From IMG/VR virus record IMGVR_UViG_3300027746_000016, positions 1 to 64,000 of that record: a stretch of 64,000 bases of DNA, one strand, 5' to 3'. Made by a program: the position numbers and the translations under genes. Positions 39,377-49,973 of the stretch are shown here, piece by piece; the stretch's first letter is position 1; every line of letters starts with the position of its first letter. The notes below the pieces were generated by a model. It ran no database searches and was not told where the DNA came from. It worked only from the letters and a program-made list of their open reading frames with translations. Source of the DNA: a virus.

Positions 39377-40033
39377 TTAAAACATTTTTAAGTTTTTAGA
39401 TGATTTATCTAGAAATGAATATTTTTTATTTAATTCAATTAATAGGATTTCTTTATTATCATAAATCAACATATCAAATAGCTTTTTATATTCCATGCAG
39501 GTTAATGCAGATATTGTATCTAATACATGAATTGAACTTACAAATACACTAGCAGATTCGCCTACACTAACACCATTTAATATTATTTTAAATAAATCAT
39601 TAATTTCAGATTTTATAAATTTCTTCTTAGCCGGTTCAGGTCCCAATATTAAATTAACTTCATCTGATGTAGAAATAAATTTGTTTATATCAACTTGAGT
39701 TATTTTAAAATCAATACCATCAATATATTTTTCTTTATCATATAGATGATAGTCTGGAGAACTTGAATCTAATTTAATTTCATTATACGAATGAATTTCG
39801 TCTTCATCTTCAACCAGAGTAGAACCTGCATTATATGAATTATTAAATATTTTATCTGTTTTTTTAAGTTTAGCATAGTCAGCTTTACGTCTATCTAATT
39901 CAACTTGGTCTTCTGACTCTAAATCATCTTCAACTTGGTCAGATTCATCAGAATCTAATAACTCTAGAGTAGAATCATCCTGGTCTTCAAATCCTAAATC
40001 TTCAAATAGGTCATCATTTTTCTTTTTTGCCAT
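39377..40033 (-). CDS. hypothetical protein with acidic N-terminus
   Basis: 218-aa ORF in the replication operon. Confidence 0.7.
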   Translation of the reverse strand: MAKKKNDDLFEDLGFEDQDDSTLELLDSDESDQVEDDLESEDQVELDRRKADYAKLKKTDKIFNNSYNAGSTLVEDEDEIHSYNEIKLDSSSPDYHLYDKEKYIDGIDFKITQVDINKFISTSDEVNLILGPEPAKKKFIKSEINDLFKIILNGVSVGESASVFVSSIHVLDTISALTCMEYKKLFDMLIYDNKEILLIELNKKYSFLDKSSKNLKMF

Positions 40034-40049
40034 TATTTTAGTATTTTTT

Positions 40050-41567
40050 TTAATTAATTAAACTTAATATATCATCATGTGAAGTATTAAACGGTCGGGC
40101 TAGAGCCTCTGCCATTGGAATTAAATTAGGCGGCAGGGTTGTTTGAGTTGTCTGTGCACTATGATATTGATTTCTCATTTGATTTTCTAAGGATTGAGTA
40201 TCATCATCATCTGAATAAAATTCTGAGGCTGGATCCGTCTCTTCAATTAATTTAGCAAATTCATAACTCATACGATACATTTTAAAACTTTCGTTATATC
40301 CACCATCTCTATTTGCAATCAATTTAATCTTCATACGTTTTTCCATAGGGCCTCTCATTAAGCCAAATAGCGAATCTACTGTGTGTACTAAACCAAATGA
40401 CTCGGCAATATCTGACATACTTAAGTCTTGATCATCTACTGCATCTCTTTTAATTTGAGTTGCGGTAATAATACACCATTCGTTTCTAATTGCAATTGCT
40501 CTTAACTCTTCAGATATAACTTTAATTTTTTCATATGTACTGCCCTGCTCTCGCATAGGTCTCATTAAGTTAATATAGTCAACTACAATAATTGTAAATT
40601 TCTTTCCAGTATTTTGTTGAACTTTTAAAAAATAATTCTCTATATCAATTGCAGTAGCCGTACCGGTAGGAAATTCTTTAACTTGTAACTCGCCAAGAGT
40701 TGAAACCGTTTCTTTTAATGATTTCATCTTATGAGTAACTTCATTTACCTGACTTGGGTCTAACATTGCATCATATTCTTTAAATGGAATACTTAAAACC
40801 ATTGAGCCTAATCTTTTCATGTATTTACGATCAGATAATTCAAGAGTAGCAATTCCTACTTGACAACCTGCAACAAAGGCTCGGCCTGCAATATTAGAAA
40901 GAACCATTGATTTTCCAACCTTTGGTCGGCCTTGAAAAACAACAAGCGTTTTTGGGTTCCAACCGCCACCTAATGTTTTATCAAAAAACTTAAAGCCGGT
41001 AGGATTTCCTATTTTTGATAACTGTACGTGATCTACTGGATTAAAAAAATCTAAGCCCGATTCGGCATTAGTAAATGAAACATTTAATTTATCATTAAAT
41101 TTAGAACGAACTTCATTTGTAATAAGTTCTACATTCTCAGGATTAATATCAGTTGTTTTTAAATAGGATAAGACATCAATAACTGATTCATTTAAATTTT
41201 TATAAAAAATAAAGGCCTTTGTATATTTAAATAAAAAGTCATAATTATAACTGGTTAAGTCAACCGCAAACACCTTATTAAATTTATCTTCCGGCAAATC
41301 TAAATTTGCTAGATTTGCAAGTTCCCTAAGTTCGTTCTTAGTTGGGACTTTTTTGTATTCTAAAAAAAATTTCTTGGATTCTCTATATAACCTTTGTAGG
41401 GTATCATCATTAAAATAATTAGCCTTTATCATTGGTATGATTTCTCTTTTATCTAGAGAATCATAATTTTTAGGTTTAATTACAGTATCATTATCATCTT
41501 CAGTTAAGACAAAATTGAAAATTATTCTTTCAAGTAATTCAATATTCTCTTTAAAATCAATCATCAT
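40050..41567 (-). CDS. replicative DNA helicase (gp41/DnaB-like)
   Basis: GRPKVGKS, TLEL, KEFPTG, VVDYINLM, TATQ, AESFG. Confidence 0.92.
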   Translation of the reverse strand: MMIDFKENIELLERIIFNFVLTEDDNDTVIKPKNYDSLDKREIIPMIKANYFNDDTLQRLYRESKKFFLEYKKVPTKNELRELANLANLDLPEDKFNKVFAVDLTSYNYDFLFKYTKAFIFYKNLNESVIDVLSYLKTTDINPENVELITNEVRSKFNDKLNVSFTNAESGLDFFNPVDHVQLSKIGNPTGFKFFDKTLGGGWNPKTLVVFQGRPKVGKSMVLSNIAGRAFVAGCQVGIATLELSDRKYMKRLGSMVLSIPFKEYDAMLDPSQVNEVTHKMKSLKETVSTLGELQVKEFPTGTATAIDIENYFLKVQQNTGKKFTIIVVDYINLMRPMREQGSTYEKIKVISEELRAIAIRNEWCIITATQIKRDAVDDQDLSMSDIAESFGLVHTVDSLFGLMRGPMEKRMKIKLIANRDGGYNESFKMYRMSYEFAKLIEETDPASEFYSDDDDTQSLENQMRNQYHSAQTTQTTLPPNLIPMAEALARPFNTSHDDILSLIN

Positions 41568-41580
41568 AGGTTAAGTCGTA

Positions 41581-41928
41581 TTATGCTATTAAATAGTACT
41601 TTAAAAATTCAGATTCTGGCATAAATATAAATTCTCCTTTTTTAATTAATAATCCAGTATCTAATAGGTCTTTAATTAAAATTTTTAATTTTGCTTTAAA
41701 CGACTCATTTTTCATATGATCGCCAAATACATATTTTAAAGTTTTAGTTGAAAACTTAATATCATTTGAGTCCCAGTCTTTCTCTTTTAATTCAGTTACT
41801 CTAACAATATGAGCCGCAACATCAAACATAAAATCTTGAGCGGATGGATAATTAGGCATTGCTGAATGAACGCTTAATTTATATTTTATAGGTAATTCAT
41901 CTTTTATCTTAAATATCATCTGAGTCAT
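41581..41928 (-). CDS. hypothetical protein
   Basis: ORF between uvsX and the helicase gene; overlaps uvsX. Confidence 0.6.
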   Translation of the reverse strand: MTQMIFKIKDELPIKYKLSVHSAMPNYPSAQDFMFDVAAHIVRVTELKEKDWDSNDIKFSTKTLKYVFGDHMKNESFKAKLKILIKDLLDTGLLIKKGEFIFMPESEFLKYYLIA

Positions 41929-43099
41929 CAGTTAAGTCTTCTAATTCCGCAGTTTCTAATGTATCAATTCCATCTTGTGTTTCAGGAAATTTAAAAGTTG
42001 GTTTAATAACTTTTTCGTCTAATTCAGTTAATACTTCATGTGTAAATAGTCTAGCTGAGAAAAATTCTTTAACTGGAACTGCATCACCATTATGACGAAT
42101 AATATAAGTTTTACCTAATTTCTTTGGTAAAAAATAAAAAGTTTCACCAGCAACTTCAAATTTTGAACACAGTTCAGATTCGTCAGACTTAAGTTTAGAA
42201 AATTCTTTTTCAGTAAGTTTATTACCTCTACCAACTCCGCATGATTCCCAATTAACATACTGTTCAAGGCCAACATATTGATTCATGCCTTTATGAAAAG
42301 AAATATGAAATTCAATATCAATTGGTCTGGATAATCTATTCTTTTTTGTTTTAGAACGAACAATAATTCCAGTTGTAGTTTTAGCCTCATCGCGAAGAGT
42401 TCCTTTACTTAACATCAAGATAATTGATGCAGAGAATTCTGGACCTCCACCACCAGACATACCCTTTGGTGTATATTGATCCATTGAGGCATATGTATGA
42501 TTTGTAAAAATAAAAGGAACTTTATAATTTGAAAGATCCAATGTTAATGATTTAAATAGTGATCTCATTTCTTTTGCACGAAGTCCCATATCTGCAGCAT
42601 TTTTACCTGCCTCCATATCGCGTTGACTCTTATCAGTATCTAACATGCCTACTGAGTCTACAAATAGTGCAAGCTTAAGTCCTGGATTCTCCTTGAGCGT
42701 TTCAATTAGATCATGCACATAGAATTTAACTTCACTAATAAGCCCCATACGTAAATATTTTAATTTAGTTAGGTCTACTCCAAATTTAACATAGTCGCCT
42801 GAGTCAATTGCACCTTCAGTATCAATGTAAATTACCATATAGTCTTTTTTCTGCAATTCACGAACTGCATTTAGACATAAAAATGTTTTACCTGAACCCG
42901 AGTCTCCAGCAATTCCAATACTACGAGTATTAGGATATCCGCCAAATAGTGAGCCTGACATTTGTGCACTTAATAAATAATTTCCAGTTGGAATGTATTC
43001 TTCAATATCAGAAAAACCTCTGATTTCGATTTTAGATTTTACCTTTTTCTCGAGCAAGTCGTTAAACTTTGCGAAAGCATCCATTGTTGATTTTGCCAT
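41909..43099 (-). CDS. uvsX: RecA/UvsX recombinase
   Basis: GDSGSGKT, YIDTE, VDSVGML, DMGLRAK, TNHTY, SGGGG. Confidence 0.9.
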   Translation of the reverse strand: MAKSTMDAFAKFNDLLEKKVKSKIEIRGFSDIEEYIPTGNYLLSAQMSGSLFGGYPNTRSIGIAGDSGSGKTFLCLNAVRELQKKDYMVIYIDTEGAIDSGDYVKFGVDLTKLKYLRMGLISEVKFYVHDLIETLKENPGLKLALFVDSVGMLDTDKSQRDMEAGKNAADMGLRAKEMRSLFKSLTLDLSNYKVPFIFTNHTYASMDQYTPKGMSGGGGPEFSASIILMLSKGTLRDEAKTTTGIIVRSKTKKNRLSRPIDIEFHISFHKGMNQYVGLEQYVNWESCGVGRGNKLTEKEFSKLKSDESELCSKFEVAGETFYFLPKKLGKTYIIRHNGDAVPVKEFFSARLFTHEVLTELDEKVIKPTFKFPETQDGIDTLETAELEDLTDDSDDI

Positions 43100-43150
43100 A
43101 GTGTTTTAGAGTTTAATTCAATATCTTGTACAATAAGATATATTCTAGTT

Positions 43151-43738
43151 TCAATTAAAATAAGAAACTAATAAAAAAGCACCAGATAGAATAGTTGAGT
43201 CAGAAAAGTCTCCATTTACAACTTGATGAAAGCCAAGTTTTACAATTTCAGAAGAGTCTTTATTAAATGGAGATTTAGCTAAAGTTCTAGTAAAATTAAA
43301 TTGACTATCAGGTTTGCTAATATTAGTTAAGTCAATTGCATAACACTTAAATTTAGAAGAAATTGGTGTACTTGTTGAAATATTACCCAGATAAAAAATA
43401 TCGTCTTCAGTAATTCCAAGCTCTTCAATATTTAAACCAGCTTCTTCTAATAATGAGCGGTATATTGTATCAATTGGAGTTTGATCTTTAGATGGATCAA
43501 CTGAATCTATAAGTAAAGTTGTATCAGTTTGACCAGTTGCATGATTTTCAAATTTTAATCCATAAATAGATTTTATTGTATCATCTGCTGTTTTTTCAAA
43601 TGGTAAAATTACAATATAATTGGTTTTACATGAAAGTACATTAGTCTTATCGGTATCTCTAGTAAGAGAGATTATTTCAATTTCACCATTTATATTTGGT
43701 AAATTCGATTTAGATATTTTAACTAATGGCTGTTGCAT
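43151..43738 (-). CDS. Nudix-fold protein (degenerate)
   Basis: VILPF and RSLLEEAGL, a partial Nudix box. Confidence 0.45.
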   Translation of the reverse strand: MQQPLVKISKSNLPNINGEIEIISLTRDTDKTNVLSCKTNYIVILPFEKTADDTIKSIYGLKFENHATGQTDTTLLIDSVDPSKDQTPIDTIYRSLLEEAGLNIEELGITEDDIFYLGNISTSTPISSKFKCYAIDLTNISKPDSQFNFTRTLAKSPFNKDSSEIVKLGFHQVVNGDFSDSTILSGAFLLVSYFN

Positions 43739-44399
43739 TTATTTTCTTCTTTTTATCTTGACCAAATGACTTTACTAAAGAGTCTTTGATTGAATTTGTT
43801 GTTACACTATTATTTATATACATAGATAACCGGTTTAAAAATTGTTCTTTATCCTGAGAATTTGTATACATCATCTTGAGTAGATTCTTGCTGGGTAATT
43901 TAATTGAAACGGTTAATGCTAATTCGGTATCTTCAAGTGCAAACATTCCAAATAAATCGCCGGCATCAACTAGAGTAGTTGGAATATGTGCTGGAATAGT
44001 CGTTGGAACGGGTGGTTTCTCTTTAGCTGCATTAATTAAGTCATTTTTAAATTCTTCTGGAATTCCTGGAGCAATGTCATTAGAGTCACTTAGACTTGGA
44101 ATATAATTAATTGATTGTATTTCAGCCATACTTAGTGCAGGCTGATCGTCCATTAACATCATTAAGTCACTACTTAATCGGTCAGTATCAATTCGACTAC
44201 CGTCTGATAATTGGGCAATATATTTGCCGCGATTGCCTGGTTCAATCTCTACTACACTTACAATTTTACCCATTTTTGAACGGTCTTGAGTTTTAATCCA
44301 TTGAAGTTTATTTCCTTGGAAAGTATTTTTAATTGCCATCAATTCTTCTATATCCATACCAGTTATTATTTTTTTAAGTTTTTTTAGTAGATTTTTCAC
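43719..44399 (-). CDS. hypothetical protein
   Basis: 226-aa ORF overlapping both neighbours; lacks PolB motifs. Confidence 0.7.
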   Translation of the reverse strand: MKNLLKKLKKIITGMDIEELMAIKNTFQGNKLQWIKTQDRSKMGKIVSVVEIEPGNRGKYIAQLSDGSRIDTDRLSSDLMMLMDDQPALSMAEIQSINYIPSLSDSNDIAPGIPEEFKNDLINAAKEKPPVPTTIPAHIPTTLVDAGDLFGMFALEDTELALTVSIKLPSKNLLKMMYTNSQDKEQFLNRLSMYINNSVTTNSIKDSLVKSFGQDKKKKINATAIS

Positions 44400-45765
44400 T
44401 GTCTAATTGCTCTTCTAATTTTTTCATTTCATTTTTTGTATCAACTCTACCATTATACAGTTTGGTTAAAATAGTTCGAGCAGCTGAGTCAAATTTATTT
44501 GTAAATATCGTACAATTCTTTGTTAAAATAGTTTCAGGATTTATTACAGTATCCGATTTAGATTTACCAACATATGAGTCTGGCGAAATATTAAACTGTA
44601 TTTGAATGTTTGGATACATTGATGCAAAGTCAAAACATGAAACATACTTATAGAATCCTGGTTCTGGTTTTGCAACATAGGCACCATCATAAGTTGCTTC
44701 ATTTTCAACATCGCGTTTATCATTTGCCATATAGCGGCCACGTGCTAAAAATTCACGACACATTAAGGTTTCAGTAATGAATACTGCACTAAATACTTTT
44801 GATACGTCAACTTTTGCAAATTTAGATATTGCAAAAGCTACATCAAGTAATCCTAATTTATCTTCAATTAATTTAACTAGGATTGTATCAATTATATTGT
44901 ATTTTACGAAATTTTCAATATCTTGTTGAGCTTCCATCATTGTTGCATAGGCACTATGTAATTTAGTAGTTCCCAATACAAGATTTGCAATATAGTCTAA
45001 TTTATAATTCTCAACCACTTTATATGGTTTAGTGTTCATAAATACTTCCATGTAATCTAATAAGCCTAAATGGATTGGCATTTTATTTTTACCTATTAAT
45101 TTAGCACATGGCATTTTTTCCATAGGATCAATACCTAACCGCTTACACCGGTTAATTAAATAAAGCCAGTCAAAGCCAATAACATTCCAACCAGTTAAAA
45201 ATGGAATTTTAGGAAGAGCTTTATGAAAAAACATATTTAACATATCTTCTTCTTTTTCAAAATAGACATATTTAATTGAAAAGATTTGACTGTGGGCTTT
45301 AAAATAGTCATTTACTTCATCTTGCATGGTAGAAACAGTTTTATTTGATAAGTCTTTCATGGTTGAAAGTACAAAACAAACGTTATCTTCATTTACAAAT
45401 GTAATTAAATTAACTGGCATTAGAGCCTTTGCTGGATCAGGAAAATCTTGAGATGTTAATTGAATCTCAATATCTAAATAATATTTTTTAGGGCTAAGAT
45501 CTGAATATACTTTAACTAATTCATCTGGTGTTAATCTGGTTTGGGTTAATTCTTCTAGTCTAAATCGATTAAGCCACTTATTTTGGGCTTTTTTTAAATA
45601 TCGGTTATCCCAATTACGAAATTCAGTTGGGTTAGGCGTAAGCATCCAATTAAATAAGTCAGCTGACTGAATTGGCTTTTTGATAAAAGCAATATTACCA
45701 GTTTCATCATAATATGAAATCATTAAGGTTGAGTCATCACTATTAAATTCAGTACTAATTATCAT
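44374..45765 (-). CDS. family B DNA polymerase, N-terminal subunit (3'-5' exonuclease and motif A) of a split enzyme
   Basis: YLDIE, GWNVIGFDW, YNIID, FDFASMYPN. It ends in the first fingers helix with no KxxxNSxYG or YGDTDS. Confidence 0.85.
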   Translation of the reverse strand: MIISTEFNSDDSTLMISYYDETGNIAFIKKPIQSADLFNWMLTPNPTEFRNWDNRYLKKAQNKWLNRFRLEELTQTRLTPDELVKVYSDLSPKKYYLDIEIQLTSQDFPDPAKALMPVNLITFVNEDNVCFVLSTMKDLSNKTVSTMQDEVNDYFKAHSQIFSIKYVYFEKEEDMLNMFFHKALPKIPFLTGWNVIGFDWLYLINRCKRLGIDPMEKMPCAKLIGKNKMPIHLGLLDYMEVFMNTKPYKVVENYKLDYIANLVLGTTKLHSAYATMMEAQQDIENFVKYNIIDTILVKLIEDKLGLLDVAFAISKFAKVDVSKVFSAVFITETLMCREFLARGRYMANDKRDVENEATYDGAYVAKPEPGFYKYVSCFDFASMYPNIQIQFNISPDSYVGKSKSDTVINPETILTKNCTIFTNKFDSAARTILTKLYNGRVDTKNEMKKLEEQLDSEKSTKKT

Positions 45766-45807
45766 TTATTAAAAATTAAGTGAATATTATATAGTTAATA
45801 TACTAAA

Positions 45808-46260
45808 CTATGAACCGGTTGAGCCAAATCCACCAGCTCCACGAGCAGTTGTCTCTGAATAAACTTCAGATTCAGTTAAGCACTCAAGTATAGTAGGTTT
45901 TATAATTGGAGTTAATATAAACTGTACAAGTTTATCACCAGGGTTAATAGTAGCTGGAATCCAAGGTGATGTATTATATACATGTAGATGAATTTCACCT
46001 TGATAATCACAATCTACTACACATGCTCCAACTTGAAGTCGCTTTTTTGTAGCAACTCCACTTTTATTATAGGCAATAAGTGCTGTGTCTATTGGAATAT
46101 TAACTCTTATCCCACTTGGAATAAGTATTGATTCCCCAGGTGCTAAAACAATTTGAGTTTCACTGTTTGGTACAAAAAAATCTAGCCCAGCTGAGCCAAC
46201 TGATCCATACTCTGGAGTTTTTACGTCTTTTGTTTTAATAAATTTAATAATAGATTGCAT
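45808..46260 (-). CDS. dut: trimeric dUTPase
   Basis: SAGLD, KSG, VVDCDYQGE, GDKLVQ, RGAGGFGSTG. Confidence 0.95.
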   Translation of the reverse strand: MQSIIKFIKTKDVKTPEYGSVGSAGLDFFVPNSETQIVLAPGESILIPSGIRVNIPIDTALIAYNKSGVATKKRLQVGACVVDCDYQGEIHLHVYNTSPWIPATINPGDKLVQFILTPIIKPTILECLTESEVYSETTARGAGGFGSTGS

Positions 46261-46352
46261 ACACGTATATATGATTTTGTTAAAATATAGTATTATATTG
46301 ACTCTTTTATCATAAAAGTGAAAAAGGTTTAACTTTTATTGAGTAAATCTTT

Positions 46353-46430
46353 TATAAATAACTTTAATAGCAAAGTCCAAACATTAAAATCTTTAAAATT
46401 GGGAGTTGACTGATAAATAAATAACTTTAA
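46353..46430 (+). promoter_or_regulatory. tandem late-type promoters (TATAAATAAC at 46353; TGATAAATAAATAAC at 46411)
   Basis: TAAATAACTTTAA occurs twice upstream of the sheath gene. Confidence 0.6.
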
Positions 46431-46448
46431 AAATAATAATAGATCGAA

Positions 46449-49400
46449 ATGGCACAAAAATTAAATTTGAATAATTATAAAGCTAGTGGTGTTTACACAG
46501 TTGAGATTGATGAAAGCTCAAATCTTAGCTTACCGTTATCTACTGGTAAATTAGTAATAGGTTCAAGTAAAAAAGGACCAATTAACTCAGTTGTATTGGT
46601 TAATGATACTCGTACATTAACTGCAGTATATGGAGAAATTGATAATAAATTAGAAAAAAACGGTAGTTTCTTTCATAGAACAATTGATGTTGCTTTAAGA
46701 CAAGGACCAGTATATGCATTAAATGTATTACCAGTTAGTGCAACAGATAAAGCCTTTTTTAGAACATTTAATACTGAATCTGCTTCAAATAACTCAACTT
46801 TTAGTGAAAGTACAAATGACAGCGCAATGTCAAATTTTTATAATAGTCAAAAATTATGGTTTGCAGACACAGATGCAGTTAATAAGTATAAAAATATTGA
46901 ATTAGGTGATGATTATATTGCTAGTCCAACTACATATGGTACAGCTGATCGCGATGCAAATAAAATTTTAACAATGGTAAATCTTTCAAAGAAAGATATT
47001 ACAACATGGATTAGAATCGCAGATACTACCGGTTATGATATATCAGTTAAAGATTATTATAAATTATTAGGAGATACTGCTGAAGTTCCAGAATTTTTAA
47101 GCCCTGATGATATTATTGCTGACTTTTTTGTTGAAGTAATTGTGGTTGAAGGAGACTGGACTGATAATTTAAAATTAGCAAATGACCCAGTTTATAGTCA
47201 ATATTTTACAACAACTGGTATAATTGATGCTAAAATTGGAGATTTTGTTTCAATTAAAGAGGTTACACTGGTTGCAAAAGTTCAAGGAAGTATAATTCCT
47301 GAATTTAAAGACCTAACTGGCACAACCGTTTCTATTGATGCACTATTTAATCGTAGATTTGCTCAAAGTGGAATATATTTAGCAATTGACTATAAGAAAA
47401 TTGATTTAATGGATTTAACTAATGGTAGTTTTTCAAGTGGTTCAAGTACTGAGCCAATTTCAGAACAACGCCTTGACTTAATTGGATCTGGAGTTGATGA
47501 ATTAAATTCAGGTACAACTGATTTAAATGTAATTACTGAAACTAATTTATACACAGTAGATGATGATACTAATGTTCATCAAGCTGTAAATTTAATTGAT
47601 GTCTTAAGTTATAAAAAACCAGTATCTTCAGAGTTTTATTTTGAATTAGATAGTATTACAGCAACGGCAGCAACTACCTATGCACAAGGTGACGTTTATA
47701 TTTTTGTAACTGATACAGATACAATTGTTGCAACCGAAGGAAGTAAGTTATATAGTGCATGGGCAAATGGTTTTGTTAAAAACGGAGACTATTTAAAATA
47801 TAGTTCAACTATTCTATATTTAGCAACTACTGGAGAAATTAAAACTAAAAATTCAGTTAAGTATGTTGTATTTGAAACATACAGTGATGTAACTAGAACA
47901 GTTCAAGTTAATGCACAAAAAACAACAGTAAATGGAGTTAATTTCTTATGGATTCAACAAGCAGCAGATGAAGATTTTTTAATGGACTTTGACTTAACTG
48001 ACTCTGACTATTTTGTTTCATATTCGTATTTAGCTCCAAATAAATTAATTTTTACAGTTGATCCTACCCTTTATGGTAACACAGCAAAGGGCGAATCAAT
48101 TATAACAAATGCAGCACAAGGAATTGTATATGATGCAACTAAAAGATTACTAGTTGATTCATATATGAAAGTTGGTCAATATATCAAAGCTAAAATTAAA
48201 ACTGATGCAAATGGAGATCCTCTTTCTAGAAATAGAATGTTACAGATTAAATCAGTATACGCACAAAAGGTATTAAATATAACTGGCGGACCCTCAAGTG
48301 TACCAGGTTTAATAAGTTTAAAGTATACAATTACCTTATCTTCACCAAGTGATCCAAATATATTAGGTATTAATTTTGAAAGTGATACAACAATTAGAGC
48401 ATATAAAGGAATAAAGAAATATATTACAAGTTTAGCCGGTGCAAAAATACCAGCAATGAATTTATCTGAAGTTGATCTTTATCCAAATGGAACAGCTGCT
48501 CGTCAAAATGATATTTTAGATTTCTTATTTGACAGTAGTAATTTAGCAACTACTCTTGCTGATAATGAGACTGTTGATTTTCGTTATATTATTGACTCGT
48601 TTGAAGGTCAAATCCAGTCTGGTTCAAAACAGCAATTGGCACAGTTAGCTGCAAATCATGGAAAAGCCCTGGCAATTTGTAATGCACCTTCATTTGCACA
48701 ATACGAACGATCAGTAGATCCTAGCTTTATTGATTTTACAACTAGATTAGTTTCAACCGAAGCAATTTCAACCGGTGGAGACCTAACATCAAATCCTTCA
48801 TTTACATTTGGATTTGCAACTGGAGATAAAGGAGGTATTGCGGTTTCGACCTATTCTGCCTATTTTATGCCAAATGTAGTTATTTTTGAAAATGGTAAGA
48901 ATAAATCTATTCCACCAGCAATGTATGTTGCAAATACCTTTATGAGAAAATATTCAAGCGGTAATACATTCTCAATTGTAGCAGGTAAAAATGGTATTTT
49001 AGCTGAACCAGAAATTAGTGGATTAGAATATGACTTAACTAATGATGATCGTGCCTATTTAGAGCCAGCCGGATTTAACTTAATTGTTAGACGTAGAGGT
49101 TTTGGAATAATGATATTCTCTAATAATACAGGTTTTCAAAGAGTAAGAAGTGCCCTAAATAATATACACGTTAGAGAAGCCTTAGTTACAATTGAAAGAG
49201 ATGTTGAGAGAATTTTACTTAATTTCTTATTTGAATTTAATGATGCAACTACCAGAATGAGAGTTAAAACCTTAGTTAAAAACTACCTATCTGCCGTTCA
49301 AGAAGCTCGAGGTATTGCAACTGCTGAAGTTATATTTGATGATTCAAATAATGGAGTTGAAGTGCTTGAAAATAATGCTGGAATAATTGATATTATTGTA

Positions 49401-49502
49401 GATTTCCCAAGAGGAATACACAAATTTATCAACCGTATTACAATCACAAGAGCTGGAGGCCAATTAGCTTCAAGTTCTTCAGGATTTACACCTTCATTCT
49501 AA
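46449..49502 (+). CDS. tail sheath protein (gp18-like, enlarged)
   Basis: ASGVYTVEID, GSSKKGP, IPPAMYVA, VAG..G, LNNIHVRE.L, FLFEFND..TR, DDSNN. Confidence 0.9.
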   Translation: MAQKLNLNNYKASGVYTVEIDESSNLSLPLSTGKLVIGSSKKGPINSVVLVNDTRTLTAVYGEIDNKLEKNGSFFHRTIDVALRQGPVYALNVLPVSATDKAFFRTFNTESASNNSTFSESTNDSAMSNFYNSQKLWFADTDAVNKYKNIELGDDYIASPTTYGTADRDANKILTMVNLSKKDITTWIRIADTTGYDISVKDYYKLLGDTAEVPEFLSPDDIIADFFVEVIVVEGDWTDNLKLANDPVYSQYFTTTGIIDAKIGDFVSIKEVTLVAKVQGSIIPEFKDLTGTTVSIDALFNRRFAQSGIYLAIDYKKIDLMDLTNGSFSSGSSTEPISEQRLDLIGSGVDELNSGTTDLNVITETNLYTVDDDTNVHQAVNLIDVLSYKKPVSSEFYFELDSITATAATTYAQGDVYIFVTDTDTIVATEGSKLYSAWANGFVKNGDYLKYSSTILYLATTGEIKTKNSVKYVVFETYSDVTRTVQVNAQKTTVNGVNFLWIQQAADEDFLMDFDLTDSDYFVSYSYLAPNKLIFTVDPTLYGNTAKGESIITNAAQGIVYDATKRLLVDSYMKVGQYIKAKIKTDANGDPLSRNRMLQIKSVYAQKVLNITGGPSSVPGLISLKYTITLSSPSDPNILGINFESDTTIRAYKGIKKYITSLAGAKIPAMNLSEVDLYPNGTAARQNDILDFLFDSSNLATTLADNETVDFRYIIDSFEGQIQSGSKQQLAQLAANHGKALAICNAPSFAQYERSVDPSFIDFTTRLVSTEAISTGGDLTSNPSFTFGFATGDKGGIAVSTYSAYFMPNVVIFENGKNKSIPPAMYVANTFMRKYSSGNTFSIVAGKNGILAEPEISGLEYDLTNDDRAYLEPAGFNLIVRRRGFGIMIFSNNTGFQRVRSALNNIHVREALVTIERDVERILLNFLFEFNDATTRMRVKTLVKNYLSAVQEARGIATAEVIFDDSNNGVEVLENNAGIIDIIVDFPRGIHKFINRITITRAGGQLASSSSGFTPSF

Positions 49503-49520
49503 TTAAAAAAGTTTAATACA

Positions 49521-49559
49521 AATAAAAAAGGACCTCAATTTGAAGTCCTTTTTTTATTT
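49521..49559. terminator. bidirectional terminator
   Basis: AAAAAAGGAC-TCA/TGA-GTCCTTTTTT between convergent genes. Confidence 0.85.
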
Positions 49560-49645
49560 AGGTCAAGCCAGTTAAGCCGTATCCACCAATCGGTTTAGAG
49601 GTCCGATAACCTTATTTAAAATAATAACCAAGCCGGCAGGTTAAT

Positions 49646-49933
49646 TTAATCTTTAATTAATTGTTTTTTTGCTTCGCACTTATCAATACGTGAATCAACG
49701 TAAGAGTGAAGCTGATCTATTCTTTGACCTGTTTGCTTATGCAAGTCATCGACTAAACGATGTGTATCTTGGAAGTTTTTATCCAATCTATTTTCTGCAT
49801 GGTGCATGTGATCTTCTATACTTTGTATTTGGTTTTGCTGTTTTAATACCTTCACAATACCCATAACAATAACTGTTAATATAATAACAGCTACTACAGA
49901 GAGTACTCCAAAAGTAAATGATAGTGTTTCCAT
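49646..49933 (-). CDS. small membrane protein (one N-terminal transmembrane helix and a coiled coil)
   Basis: FTFGVLSVVAVIILTVIVMGIV hydrophobic segment. Confidence 0.7.
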   Translation of the reverse strand: METLSFTFGVLSVVAVIILTVIVMGIVKVLKQQNQIQSIEDHMHHAENRLDKNFQDTHRLVDDLHKQTGQRIDQLHSYVDSRIDKCEAKKQLIKD

Positions 49934-49973
49934 ATGTTTATTTTGTTTTTTTAGTTGCCGGCAAGGCTACTAT

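Noticed and set aside
43719-44399. Frameshifted continuation of the DNA polymerase
   Set aside because: It contains no PolB motif B or C.
49560-49640. Canonical tRNA gene
   Set aside because: No T-arm (GTTCRA), D-arm or 7-bp acceptor stem. Kept only as a weak structured-RNA candidate.
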